Below are positions 12,766-26,204 of a stretch of DNA of 64,000 nucleotides, piece by piece. This DNA is from Octopus vulgaris (Eukaryota). The stretch is from NCBI GenBank assembly GCA_951406725.2, contig OX597814.1, positions 121,706,001-121,770,000 of the forward strand. Reading direction: 5' to 3'. A program made the translations under genes and the position numbers. The notes under the pieces were generated by a model, which saw nothing but the letters and a program-made list of their open reading frames with translations, had not been told where the DNA came from and searched no databases. Position 1 is the first letter of the stretch. Every line of letters begins with the position of its first letter.

Positions 12766-13857
12766 CAGCAATTCAGCTTGGAAAACTATATTAATGTGCC
12801 AAATTTTTAAATGTTAGTGCTGGCAGCCAAACCAACTTATATCTAATCCCCACAGAGTAAAACAGAATGTTTTGCTTCTAGGGCTTCGTTTATAAATTGC
12901 ACAAGGGCCTAATATTTCAATCTACAGCAATTCCTGTATATCTGCCCATATTTCTCGCAAGCGCTTTTTCACCTAAATGTGTGTAGCTATTTTCACGTGT
13001 CGGTTTCTCAGTAAGATTCTCCTGTAAAATATTGTCGTAGTTGTTGTTCCTGTCTCGTATATCTCGTAGTTGTTCCTGTACAAATTTAGCTGCTATGTAC
13101 AGATTTTTACAAGATGTTCTGCTTTGATCTAAATGTGTATCCAAAGGGGCAGAGATCAGTCTGATAATAGTTGCTGCTTTCCTGAGGATTTCCCCCTCTG
13201 GTGTTGATATAGGAGATCACATACTCAGTCGTTAGAGGATAGCGATAACCGTTAGAGATAACAGATATAGTAGCAACGATGGGAGTGCTTACTTTGTTGC
13301 TGTATATTGATTCGCTGTTTCTGTTATTGTTCTTGTTGTTGCTGTGGTTAGTAATTACTGTGGCAGAGTGAAGGTGGTAGCGGCAGCGAAGTTTGTGCTT
13401 TTATTGTCATGCTTTATTTTTGTTGCTGTTTTTTTGCTGATGGTAGCATTTAGGAGTAGGATATTGTTGTTGTAGCTGTACTGCTTTTCCCGTTCGTAGT
13501 GTTTTCTTTTTCTTTTCCACTTTGTAAACTGAGGAGGAATAATACTTCTTTCATTGATTGACTAGGTGGTCCACACTCAATTCCACTATATCGGCCACTG
13601 CCCTATTATTGTGGTTGGTTATAAGGAAGATCGCTATCTTAAACATTTGTGGTTTTTGAAAACCAAAATTTCAAAATGTTTTTTCTCAAAATTTTGCCAT
13701 GAATATGCAAGAAAGAACTCACCAGCCCATTGGGCGCCTGATCAGTTTAACAAAGGGCGAACAACAAATATGAATAATGAAAATGTGTCTGCATATACAA
13801 ATAAATATCGTTTATGAAGACACCCGAATGCTGCTGCTACAACCATAAATGATGAGG

Positions 13858-13918
<61 letters not shown>

Positions 13919-14053
13919 TAATATTTGTAAATAGAGAATTTGTGGTGTTTATTTTAGTGTCCTACCAATGTATACCGTGCGTTTCACAGCTCTAGGTGTC
14001 AGGAAGACACTCGGCGAGAAATGGAAACAGAATTGGAAGAAGATGACAATGAA

Positions 14054-14122
<69 letters not shown>

Positions 14123-14126
<4 letters not shown>

Positions 14127-14680
14127 GCCCTGATGCAGTACCAGGCAGTGGCTCTCATGGCTTCTGATCTTAACTGATTGGAAGTGTTATCATGTACATT
14201 GTTTTGTTTTGGTATAAAAGATGGGCTACAGCAAATATTCTGCTCAATACCACAGATTTGCTTGTCAGTTGTTTGACCTTAACCAGTTGAGCATGTCCCT
14301 TAGTGGCTGACGATATGTGCATCTCTGATCACGAGCAGAAGTACTGGGGGAGCATCATAGCCATGTGTTGAGAGGAATTCTTTGGGGTTTGAATAATTCA
14401 CCTCTGGAAACATGGGTGGTTCTTTCAAGATCCTTAAACAACCCTTGTTCAGGGACCTTTTGAGCGGGATGGGCTACTCAACCTGAAGAAAATTCTAACT
14501 GGGCCCCACCTGCAAGGTCATGTGCTGTTTATCTTGATATGAGACCACCATGTCGCGCACATATGGTTGTGATGCATGTGCCTGGTGTACCCTTATCAGA
14601 CGAGTAGTCATGATGGGTATATTGGGCTTCGTATATTTTACCCCAGTGTCACTTTGATGGCATGAACTGCTTTCTCACTC
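14123..14680. mobile_element. Non-coding interspersed element inserted in (AAT)n
   Basis: A ~560-bp higher-GC block bounded exactly by (AAT)n arrays on both sides. Confidence 0.55.
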
Positions 14681-14733
<53 letters not shown>

Positions 14734-15817
14734 TAGCAATAATAATAACAATAGCAATAATAATAATAATGAAATAATAATGATAATAATAATAATAATC
14801 CTTTCTATTAAACGCGCATGACCTGGCATCGACGCCAGTATTTCACTTAACTTATTGACACTGATAGGAAAAGTTGAAATCGGCGGAATTTGAACTCAGA
14901 ATGTAACGCCCAAGGTGCCACGCAGTGGGACTGAACCCAGAACCATGTGGTTGGTAAGCAAGCTACTTACCATACAGCCACTCCTACACCTAAGTGATTT
15001 TACCTCAAATATATGATATTTTTGTTATTGTTACTAACCAAACTACTTTGGAGCTCTTTGAACAAGCAAGCTGCTTGCTCCTACTGCGCAAGCTTATTTG
15101 ATTTAACCACTTTCTGTTAATTTTCTATCTCTACAGAGCTTTATTCATCAATTTCACTCATGCTGTGCCTGTTAATCCACTTTAATCCACGCTTTCCTTA
15201 TAAGCAGCTTCCACCCCTCGTCCTTAATGAATGCCGATCTAATTGGAGTCATAAATAGGAGAGGGTCTGCAAAGCTCAAGGTTACATCCTCCAACACTAA
15301 CACGCTCATAATCACACATAACCAAGCGTCTCAAAGAACTTGGAGTAAACTGATGTTACTTATGTTCTACCGCTTTCTTATAAGGGAAAAGTATTGAGAT
15401 AATGAGGCTTCCATCATCTAATTGATATTGTCTCTTCGTTTCATTCCATCATTAAATTGCTCTCTATTTGATAAGATTTTTTTCCCAGTACAGCTTGACT
15501 CCTTGAAACTAATTCTGTTTCTTAAACAATAGATTAGTTGGTCTTATCCATACATTAGTGCGACGTGGTGGGAACGTAACCAATACCTTCTCTTAGCCGT
15601 AAGAATAACAATATAATAACTTAGAGAGGTTTCTTGTATGGCTGAAATTCTATAAAGATAGGACTGAGCGAACACTTTCTTATAAGTTTGGGGGCAAACA
15701 CTGCTGCAGAAATAAAAGGGAAAGGACTTAGAATGTCTACGCATGTATCGATCAATAAATATGTAACATTAGTTCAATAGATTTTGTATGTATCAAGAGC
15801 TAAAAAGTGTTACTTAC

Positions 15818-16011
15818 CGCGGTGATATCTCGGAGCCTTGCTGCATGAGTGCGCCAAGTGAGAACCAAAACGTGTTGGATAGATTGAATGTGTTCATTGT
15901 TTTTGGTCCTCGACTTGTATCTTCTGAGTGCCATTCATAGGGACTGAAACGTCCCACAAAGAACAGCACCAAGCTCACAGCTACATAACCAATGGTTATG
16001 CAAATCCAAAC
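15818..16011 (-). CDS. iGluR exon, M1 and M2 pore loop (Q/R site)
   Basis: 194 nt, atgcag|GTT...CG|gtaagt. Reads VWICITIGYVAVSLVLFFVGRFSPYEWH...FWFSLGALMQQGSEISP(R); its phase-2 end is completed by the next exon. Confidence 0.98.
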
Positions 16012-16347
16012 CTGCATGGGACGAAAATATATAGTGTAAGAAACACACAAATCACTAAAATTAAATGAAATATGGCAATTTTTGATATTTTTATACACAT
16101 AAAATATAAGGATGTAGGGTCATCAGGGTATCTATCGCAAAGCCTGAAATGACGGAAGGCTTGCCTATTTAAATACATTTCGTTATATTTTCGTGAGTCC
16201 CTTTATGAGAGGAATGATGAGATACTTTAACGAAAAAAAACAAAACGTGAAAACTAGCTGTGAATACTCGGAAATGAATGCAACGGAAAAGATAAACAAT
16301 TAAAAAAAATAACTGTCAAATAAACTCAAATAGCATATGTTAAATAT

Positions 16348-16629
16348 CACCGTGACCGACCAGGCTAGTAGATGTTGCTACACATCGCTGGTCACAATGC
16401 GAAACGCATTGTTTTAGCCTTCAAATGACGCCACCCCACTGGCTAAGAGTGAGAGAAAGTTGTGGCGAAATATTACAGCAGGGATCGCCACCCACCCCCT
16501 GATGGAACGTCGTGGAGCTTTAGGTGATTTCACTCAATAAACATTCACAACGCCCGGTCTTGGAATCGAAACCGCGATCCTACGACCGCGAGTCCGCTGC
16601 CCTAACCACTGGGCCATTGCGTCTCCACG
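16348..16629 (-). mobile_element. tRNA-derived SINE (tRNA-Arg-like head)
   Basis: A box TGGCCCAGTGG, B box GTTTCGATTCC, 12-bp TSD TATGTTAAATAT (16336-16347 and 16630-16641). Confidence 0.85.
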
Positions 16630-16696
16630 TATGTTAAATATAGAGAGTCAAAATTAAAACAAAAGATGAAGAAAACGTGAAGAGGGACAGTATGAT

Positions 16697-17023
16697 CTAA
16701 AGACTAAAGACTCTGCCGGTTACGACGACGAGGGTCCCAGCTGATACGATCAACGGAACAGCTTGCTCGTGAAATTAACGTGCAAATGGCTGAGCATTCC
16801 ACAGGCACGTGTACCCTTAACGTAGTTCTCGGGGATAATCAGCGTGACACAGAGAGTGACAAGGCTGACCCTTTGAAATACAAGTACAACTCATTTTTGC
16901 CAGCTGAGTGGACTGGAGCAACGTGAAAAATAAAGTGTCTTGCTCAAGGACACAACGCGTCGCCGGGAATCGAACTCACAATCATGAGCCCAATGCCCTA
17001 ACCACTAAGCCACGCGCCCTCAC
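16697..17023 (-). mobile_element. tRNA-derived SINE, family B
   Basis: Head gtgagggcgcgtggcttagtggttaggg...gttcgattccc; body gtccttgagcaagacac...ccagtccactcagctggcaaaaatgag; 12-bp TSD GGACAGTATGAT. Confidence 0.85.
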
Positions 17024-17984
17024 GGACAGTATGATAATTTTATCTTAGGCTACAAATCAGCAGTTTTAAGAAGTTTCTTTGCGACATCGAACCTAGAAAT
17101 TGTTGAATTCCTGTTTAAATAAGAAAAAGATTTACTAGTGTTAATTAACAATGGTGCTTTTCTCAGGCGTGTTGTTTTCTGCTAGATGTACTTATTAGCC
17201 GCTAGAATTCATAGGAGTATGTATGTCAGTGGCTTCTTGTGCCTAAAGCTGTAGAGAAATGAAATAAAACTCTCAGCATCTTAAGAAGGTTCCTTTATAA
17301 TGCTATACTTTGTACCGTTGGAAGAATGAATTAATGTTTAGTAAGGCGGTGGAAGAGGAGGAGAGATATCGACTGAACTGATAACGAGTGCAATGTTTCT
17401 CAGAATAATCGAACGTTTTTCAGGTTAATATCTGACTGCTCTGAAGTTTGACCTTCACCTCTAAGACAATCAATAAAATATATTGGGATCCCTTAAATCG
17501 AATAAAATATTATTTCTTTTGAAACAGTATATTATATCTTTTTGATAAAGAAATCATTATTCATTTCATCTTAACGTAAATCATAGAATTATAATTAATT
17601 TTAAGATAACTACTAACTAAATCACTTGGGGAAAGTATGATTACCATACCTTCCCATTCTTCTCGCCTAATATCCGTATGCTTCGTGCTCCTCCAAGAAT
17701 CAATTATCTATTTGATAATAAGGTGTAAATTGGTTGAGGTGGATGCTATCTGAATTTCCTATCACACTTTAGACGAGCTTGTCAATGCCAGTTATCTCGA
17801 CAGCTACTGTCTAAGATTTGAATGTTATTAAGTGATTATTGCTTCTTTTAATTGTTCATAATATAAATATTTATCAAGTTAATCCATTAAGAGGCCACAA
17901 TGATCAAGAGGCACAAAGAGTAACTCAGTCTTTAAAAGTGCACGAAAGAGAAAGAAACAAATCATTCTTGACTTTATCATCGTA

Positions 17985-18372
17985 CTAGCAGTATCGCCCG
18001 GCGTTGCTCGGGTGTGTTTCGACCCTTTAGAATTGGAATTTTTGAAAAGTAAAAATTTTACATTATGTAGCTTGTTATTCTCTTTAAGTGAACATTTTTC
18101 TGGTCGAAATACACCGAAAAATGGCGACACAGCAGTCAAAAAATCGTAAAAAATTGGGATTTTCATAGAAAAAAAAGCACCTCTTTGATGTAAATAATTT
18201 TTGAGCTTAACATGTTCCGATTTGAATTTTATCTTCTACGGAAGGAAGAGCAAGCCTTCTATCATACTCTCAATTTTGGTCAACTTGTGCCGCAGGGTCT
18301 CGGAGGTGATAGTGTTAGTTGAAGGCTACCAACCCTGCTACACACAAACAACTTCAGCTTTATATATAGAGA
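17985..18372 (-). mobile_element. Non-autonomous Helitron
   Basis: On the minus strand: 5' TC end after A, subterminal hairpin CCCGAGCAACGCCGGG, 3' CTAG followed by T. A second copy is at 43354-43734. Confidence 0.8.
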
Positions 18373-18433
18373 TATATTTCTAAGGAATATTCAAAAGACT
18401 GTTCCCTTCTTAAGTATGACTTCTTGTAATATA

Positions 18434-18996
18434 TTGGGTTATCCGGAAAGTTCGTGCCGATTTTTAAAGGAAAGAAAAAGGTCAATAAATACTTGCCATT
18501 ACGTTTTTAATCAACCAATTATGAACTATTTTGTTGCACAATGCGTCTCCATCTTTCCTTTAACTTGAAAATACCCTCTTCCCAGAATTAAGGTGGTTTC
18601 ATGGCAAAGAATTCATCAAGGTTTCTTTTTACATCATCCAAGGAATTTAAATTTTTACCTTTAAGACTATTCTGCAGAGATCTGAATAAGTGGAAATCCG
18701 AAGGAGCAATATCTGGTGAATATGTGGAGGCCAGTGTAACACACCCCAGCCGAGCTACAGCAATTTTTTCTGGTTCCCAAAGCATCAAGTGCCGAAAATG
18801 AACTTGCTTATCATCCATTTTAAAGGGTTACAGAATTAACCCTTTAGGAATATAAACCTTCTTCCATGAAAAGATAGCTTAAACTGTGCTCTAAATGGAG
18901 GTGTAGTCAAATCATATTTTATGGACTCAACCACGTTCTAAAATAAGTCGAAAGGTAAGCTACTATAAATCGACACGAACTTTCCTGACAACCCAA
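18434..18996 (-). mobile_element. Internally deleted mariner (Tc1/mariner) transposon
   Basis: TIRs ttgggttatccggaaagttcgtgccgattt / aaatcgacacgaactttcctgacaacccaa with TA on both flanks. The residual ORF fuses the N-terminus MDDKQVHFRHLMLWE to the C-terminal YSPDIAPSDFHLFRSLQNSL motif. Confidence 0.93.
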
Positions 18997-19761
18997 TAGA
19001 AACAAGTGCCCTGAGTTGTATGAAAACGAAAAAACTGCAGAGAATACCGAAATAAAAGACACAAATAAAAGACACACAAAACAATCATGATCGCAGAATA
19101 TTTGTGGAAGTATGAATGCTTAAGCATAAGTTCTGGGAAAAAAAAGTAAATCGACATTTAGTCGGAATGAGTCAGTATCATTTCCTGAATTGATAGCGAG
19201 GATACTTCTTCGATTGAAAGATATTTAATATAAATTAATTACAAGATCTAAGGAAAAGAAAAAGAAAATTGTCGATTTCTCCGAGATTAAATTTCAGCTT
19301 ATAAATATCCCAATCTGGTTGCGATAAATAATCTAATTGAATTTCTAAGATCTGCATCATCTCTATTTTGTTAGGATAAAATGCATAATAAATTTCGTTG
19401 TCACAATCATTAAAGACTGCCAATAAACAGATATCAAGTGTGACTCAATACCACTCAACAATTACCCATTAGATACATACAAAACTTTCATTATTTCCAA
19501 GATTTGCACGATAAAAGTATTAGCAAGAACACAGGACTACTGGTTTAAATAAATAATTACAATGAGAATGAGGGTTAATCATCCTATGGAATAAAGCAAC
19601 TTCAGTAATCCCGTAAAGAGAATTTTATTTTGATAAATATATTTTTGTAAACCACTTTCGTTGAATGAATTCGATTTATTTAAAAATTGTATTAATGTGT
19701 ATATAATTACCCACGGAGGTCAATGAAATATACAGAGTGAACATGTGTGTGTGTGTACACA

Positions 19762-19796
<35 letters not shown>

Positions 19797-19825
19797 GGAG
19801 CTGAAATTTACAGGAAAACAAAAAG

Positions 19826-19860
<35 letters not shown>

Positions 19861-20009
19861 AACATATATATATATATATACATATACATACATATTTCTC
19901 AAATGCACTACTCAACGCCCGATCCACGAATCGTGAACGTTTCTCTCTCCCCCGCTTTCTCATGCTTAGCTCCCTCTCGCTACACAGATACACTCACACG
20001 CACACACAA

Positions 20010-20074
<65 letters not shown>

Positions 20075-20373
20075 CAAGCTATTTTGACCCGTGCTTCGCT
20101 CGGGTTTTGGCGGTGGTGTTGTTTTGTGCGTGTTGTCTCCTTTCCCCTGTCTTCTTTTGTTCGTCTTCTGTGCCTTTCCCATATTCCTCACCATGGCAAC
20201 CAACCGGTAGCCCCGAGTTACTTGCAACTCTCCTCACACCATTGCCCCCCCCCACCATTTTACCCCAGTGTAAACTTTGGCGACAATCCGACCCCATCTA
20301 CCGCCCCTTAAACCATTCCCATCCCAAAATGAGACAAATAACCTAGAAATCAAACAGCTTTTTCGCATTTCAG

Positions 20374-20385
<12 letters not shown>
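20075..20385 (-). mobile_element. Helitron-like element, different subfamily
   Basis: 3' hairpin CCCGAGCGAAGCACGGG followed by CTTG|T; the other end shares tcagctttatatata with the 17985 family. Confidence 0.55.
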
Positions 20386-20427
<42 letters not shown>

Positions 20428-20429
<2 letters not shown>

Positions 20430-20676
20430 GCATCCTTTTAAAGCCTAGCCAGGCTCATGGGCCCGGTTTCCTGGTTTCTATGGCGTATGTGTTTCCCAGC
20501 TGGACGGGACGCCAGTCCCTCGCAGCGTTACTCATTTTTGCCAACTGAGTCGACTGGAGCAACGTGAAATGAAATGTTTTGCTCAAGAACACAACGCGTC
20601 GCCCGGTCCAGGAATCGAAACCACAATCTTACGATCATGGTGTTGACATCCTAACCACTAAGCCACGCACCTTCAC
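20428..20676 (-). mobile_element. SINE family B
   Basis: Same head and body as 16697-17023; near-identical to 54492-54753. Confidence 0.8.
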
Positions 20677-21127
20677 TCTATATATATGTAAGGCAGTCTT
20701 TATATCCAACTTAACGTGGTAGTGTTAGATTGAAGAATACTACGTTTTTTACTAATGATACATAAAATCACTCATGTCTATATCATTGTCACACGTGAAT
20801 CGTTTTGAACGGGTGTGGGAAGTCCCAGATCCCGCGAATTTTTATATATCGTTGACAGTGAGATTCAACTATCACCACTGGTGAACCGTGGCAGCTTGAA
20901 AAGTTGTAATCAATCTGTTCCGGCGCCTATAGTAGACGGGAATGGTCTGCCAGCGATTTAAATGTGAATGCTTTTATACAATATGCGACCATATTCAAAT
21001 TTTACAAACAGCAAATAAGGGATATAACTCCAAGAATATCAAATAATCTATGGTTTAAAAGACAGGAACAATGTAGGTGAAAGCCAGGCATTTACTTCGT
21101 TCTTTAGTTAACTTCAGTTGGATTAGT

Positions 21128-21320
21128 GGTTCTTTTTCCTTTGACTGGCAGATTTTAAAACTAATTTCTTTGTAACTAAACACTTTTAAACTTCGTATAC
21201 TGGTAGAATGTGTTACATAAAACATCTTTTTCTCTTGGCTTTCTTGAGAAAATTCTGTAGTTTGTAAGCTATTTGTTGTTAAATTTCTTGCATTTCGGCA
21301 ATTTCAACCGGATTAGGTTT
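21128..21320 (+). mobile_element. One-ended relative of the 6849-8151 TIR element
   Basis: Starts ggttctttttcctttgactggcag and shares aaacttcgtatactggtagaatgtgt with the subterminal arm. Confidence 0.5.
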
Positions 21321-21604
21321 AGCATGAAAAAAAAATGTATTCGTCTCCTATCACCAGTTGAAAACCACCACATTTTTGCTAAGACCGGCAGTAATTTAGT
21401 TCCCTGTCGAAACTATACGATGTCACTTGCGTCATTCTTTTATGTTAATTATTTCATTCATTTGACTGCATCCATGGCTTACCGCTAATTTACAGGGATA
21501 TAAACACACCAGTACCGGTTTTCATTTGGTGGTAGGAGACGAACACCCACACGCACGCGTGTGTATATATATATGTATGTGTATATATATATATATATAA
21601 ATAT

Positions 21605-21644
<40 letters not shown>

Positions 21645-21675
21645 TATATATATATACATATAAATATATATCTAC

Positions 21676-21718
<43 letters not shown>

Positions 21719-21741
21719 TATGTATATATATACATATATAT

Positions 21742-21781
<40 letters not shown>

Positions 21782-22088
21782 TATGCGACGGGCTTCTTTC
21801 AGTTTCCATTGCCATTTCCTCTCACAAGGATTTGATCGGCCCGAGAGAGAGGGAGAGAAAGTGCGTGTGTGTGTGTGTGTGTATGTGTTTCTATTTGTGT
21901 TTGTATATACATATATATATATAACTATGCTGATATATGCGATATATAGTGGGACTGAACACTATATATCTTCTTACCGAACAGCGAAACTTGCGCGAAA
22001 GAAAACTGTTTAAATTTCCGTATACTACTTCATTGATATCGATATTATTTTGGTTGGTTTTAGACTTTTATGGGGAACAGTGAGTTTA

Positions 22089-22454
<366 letters not shown>

Positions 22455-23122
22455 TTAATTTCACAAGACTGAATATTTGATTTTAATTTGATTTTAAATT
22501 TTTTTCAAATTTATGAATAATAATATTATCACAGTCACATCACTGAGGAATATATTTGCTTCTTTAGCATTCCAAAGTAAAATATTTTATTTATTGCTCT
22601 TAGTGGTTTTATTCAATTAATTGTTAGGCATCGTAATATTAAAACCAAATATTTTCATGTACGGAAATCAGAAAGATGGTTCAATTCTATTAAATCATAA
22701 AATCCATGTTTTGTTATATATCAAAGCAAATACTACAAACATAGTGTTTAGTTGCATTCGCTTGGATAGCGCACATATTAAATAGTGAAGACTTACACAA
22801 TGAAATAAATGGCTTCATTGAATTGTAGTGCCATACAGAGTGGCATTTATGTATATGAAATTGTATAATTTTTCGTGTTGCGTTAGATAGTATACAAATA
22901 TAATCAGTAATATTCAGTTATACTATAGCATATTTACAATAGATTGTACTCTGAAATCTAGATATATTTCTGTACGTAAGAACTCCCTACTCGTGTTAAA
23001 AGAAAAATTGGCTTAAGAAACCACACGCTATATTCCAATTGTTATGTAAACGTAGTAAAAAAATGTCAACAGAAAAATATACGCATACAACAGTAGTAAG
23101 TCAGACCGAAATGTGTACGTAC

Positions 23123-23335
23123 GTGTCGCGTGAGTTCTCCCATCATACCGTTCCAAGTCCCATTGACGGTAAGGGCTCCATAGTGACCGTCTTCTACAAT
23201 TTTGATGATGTAATCCATGGGAAACTGATCTGCTATTTTGGCTGCTAGATCTACGACGTAGCCTTCGAAACGAGCGTTTCCGACTAACGGCTCACCGGCT
23301 TCGTGGCGGACTTTATACATCAAGAATGGAGGCAC
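23123..23335 (-). CDS. iGluR exon, S1 ligand-binding lobe
   Basis: 213 nt, gctag|GTG...CAC|gtacgt. Reads VPPFLMYKVRHEAGEPLVGNARFEGYVVDLAAKIADQFPMDYIIKIVEDGHYGALTVNGTWNGMMGELTRH, aligning with the GluA EGYCVDL...DGKYGA...WNGMVGEL segment. Confidence 0.97.
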
Positions 23336-23744
23336 CTAGCAACGAGAGAATTCAGAATCAAACATTATATGGATATGCATAAATGCAAACGCAAAACGAT
23401 GACGAAGAGCACAATATAGATAGTAAAAAATTCAATGAGTACTCAATTCGAATGTGTGGTGCCAAAACTCCGGTACGATAAGGACAGGGCTGCAGGATAT
23501 AATACTTAATGGTTTCTAGTTGGTGGTGTGGGGATATGCTTTATGGAATATGTGTACGTGTTTGTGCGTGTGCGTATGTATGTATGTATGTATGTATGTA
23601 TGTATGTATGTATGTATGTATTATGTATGTATGTATGTATGTATGTATGTATGTATGTATGTATGTATGTATGTATTTATGTATGTATAAGCTATATTAT
23701 GAAATCTACCAGGTTCATGATTGTGATAAGAACTCAATGAACAC

Positions 23745-24527
23745 CGAGTAGTCCATTTCTCGTCCGGCTGCAATTATCAGTTGAGCGCCGTGCTTCAACA
23801 TGATTTCGGCCCATTAAGCTCAGTATCTCTCCACAAGATGAGCCCGCAACAGCTGGACGTATTGCGTTGCAACCGAACTCGTGACACTTCTGTGGCCTTA
23901 TACGCATTCATAAACCTCCTGGTAATCCAAGCACTACACTCAACTGCTTTCCCCCCACATTCCTTGATGGTCTTTCTTACAGCAGATACACCAGCTACTT
24001 TCAGCAACCTGTTGAGAGAAGCTGCTGGGAAACCTCTGCAGCCGACATCGAGCGCAACCAGCTCACAGAGGTAACCTTTCTCCCGAATCTCAGCTACCAG
24101 TCCTTCATAGCCCAACAGCTTCCACTCATGAGTCTCAGCAATACTCTCCTCCCATGGCACAGTAAGCTCCCCAAGGACCACACTCTCTGACCTCCTCATC
24201 CACAAAAAATAGTTTGGGCCAGAGTACTGACACAAAGATGCTTTCAGGCAATGGCTTTTCCATGAACACCTCCTATCTTCTGTCTTCGGCCTGCCGAGGT
24301 TTCTGTCTCTTTGGCATCACACATTGCTTCACAAATGCTGTTTTGCGCAAGCTCAGTTCAGGCACTTGACCCTCTCTTGAATCTGAAGCAACAATGTTTA
24401 GCTCTAAATTATGTCTAAATATATACCATGCAGACTGGAGTGCCTTTGGGCAAGTAAACAGCATGTGTTTGTGGCTGCCATACTTCCCACAGAAGTGGCA
24501 CTGTGGATTCTCTTGGCAACCCCAGCA
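23745..24527 (-). mobile_element. 3' fragment of a non-LTR retrotransposon with restriction-like endonuclease (HERO/NeSL/R2-group type)
   Basis: CCHC knuckle PQCHFCGKYGSHKHMLFTC followed by YIFRHN, then ELTVPWEE...K...Y...DVGCRGF. Interrupted by stops or frameshifts. Confidence 0.85.
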
Positions 24528-24576
24528 TTATAAATATAATTACACATATATGAATACATATATATATGTGTGTGTG

Positions 24577-24629
<53 letters not shown>

Positions 24630-25112
24630 GTATATATAATATTGTTATATATTTTATATACTTATTATATATATATACCCTTATGATAGCGGATTTTTCC
24701 ATGGTGTAATCGTAGTACTTGAACCATTCATCAATAGAAACAAAATGTTACTGAAACAACTGTTGTGAAAGTTTTTAACTCTATTTATATGTTTCTTTTA
24801 TACAAGCGTCTAGAACCATCCCTAGGTTGTATCTATAACTTGTATTGGATCAGGAACCTTTTATGTGAGTATATAAATTTATATGTATGATGTATGAATG
24901 TATGTATGTATGTATGTATGTATGTATGTATGTATGTATGTATGTATGTATGGGGCTGGCCCCTTTATATTCCTTCTACATGTTACAACACCTTGATTCC
25001 TACGAATCCTACAACTAATTGATAATATTACATCCACTGAAAAATTCTTACCTGCACTTCTGGTATTTTAACGTTACATAATGGAATAACATAATTTAGA
25101 CATCTCCTCTGT

Positions 25113-25145
<33 letters not shown>

Positions 25146-25915
25146 AGTGTATGTGTGTATGTGCATGTACGTATGCATTTATGAATATATGTAGGTATGT
25201 GTTTATCAATATGTACATATATACATGTATCAAAGTTTATTATAACAAATCCAATTAATGCTTTTTGTTTGTGAAAATTTAGCATGGCAGAAAGTTTCAG
25301 TAAATTGAATCGCCAGACTCTGTTAATAACCCATTCCTACCCATTGCTCAGCTCTGTAATCTAATTATCTAAGCATATCAAAGTGGTTTGCATTCGTTTA
25401 ATCTATTATATCATTTGGAACTGTTTTGAAACCGGTAAATTGTTGGTTGATATTTGTAATAAATGATAAAAACATTATTATTTAAAGGTGAATTAAGAGA
25501 GCTGCAAAGATATTTCTTGTATAAATACTATTTCAAATAACTTCATAGAAACGATAGCTTCATATAAGTGGGGCACTGAGGTCGATATAATGGACTAGCT
25601 CCTTTCCACTAAATGTGTTGGCCTCGTGCCAAAACCGGAAACCATTCAATGGCAATCCGGTGTAAACTGGAGCGCCTACACTTCGGTCAAAATTCGAAAC
25701 TACATTACTTTATTCCTCTAATCTCATTTATTTGCCCGATGCCACAAAAATATCGGCCAGACAATAACGTTTCTAAAGTGCCAATGTAGGATAGGATAGA
25801 TGTGTTCAATACGCGTAAGCAAACTGACTGAGTCGTTTAGCGTATTGGAAATGATTCTTCACAGTATTTCTTCCAGTTCCCTGAGGTCTAATTTCTGTTC
25901 CAGCCCTTTGATTGT

Positions 25916-26204
25916 TACACCTTTGTCTTTTTCCTAAAAAAGTTCACAAGTTTATAATTCACCTGTCATTTGATAAAACAGTCTATCCCCACTCTCTCAT
26001 TTTCTCTGTGTATCTGCATCGTCGCCGTGTCCCACAAAGGAGTGTTTACATCGTGGCATCTACACCTTTTTCTTTTTCCAAAGAAGTTTAGGATTTTTTA
26101 ATTCACCTGTCATTTAATAAAACGGTCTCTCCCCACTCTGTCATTCTCTCTGCGTATCTTCATCGTCGACGGGTCCCAGAAAGGTGTGTTTACATCGTGG
26201 CATC
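25916..26204. repeat. Diverged tandem duplication of ~145 bp
   Basis: Units 25916-26060 and 26061-26204 both run tacaccttt...aattcacctgtcattt...gtgtttacatcgtggcatc. Confidence 0.85.

Noticed and set aside
15155-15165. cactcatgctg as an editing complementary sequence for the Q/R site
   Set aside because: Only ~10 bp of complementarity, at chance level, and it would place A opposite the target A.
16545-16629. tRNA gene
   Set aside because: The tRNA-like A and B boxes belong to a SINE head with a TSD and a non-tRNA body; no complete cloverleaf.
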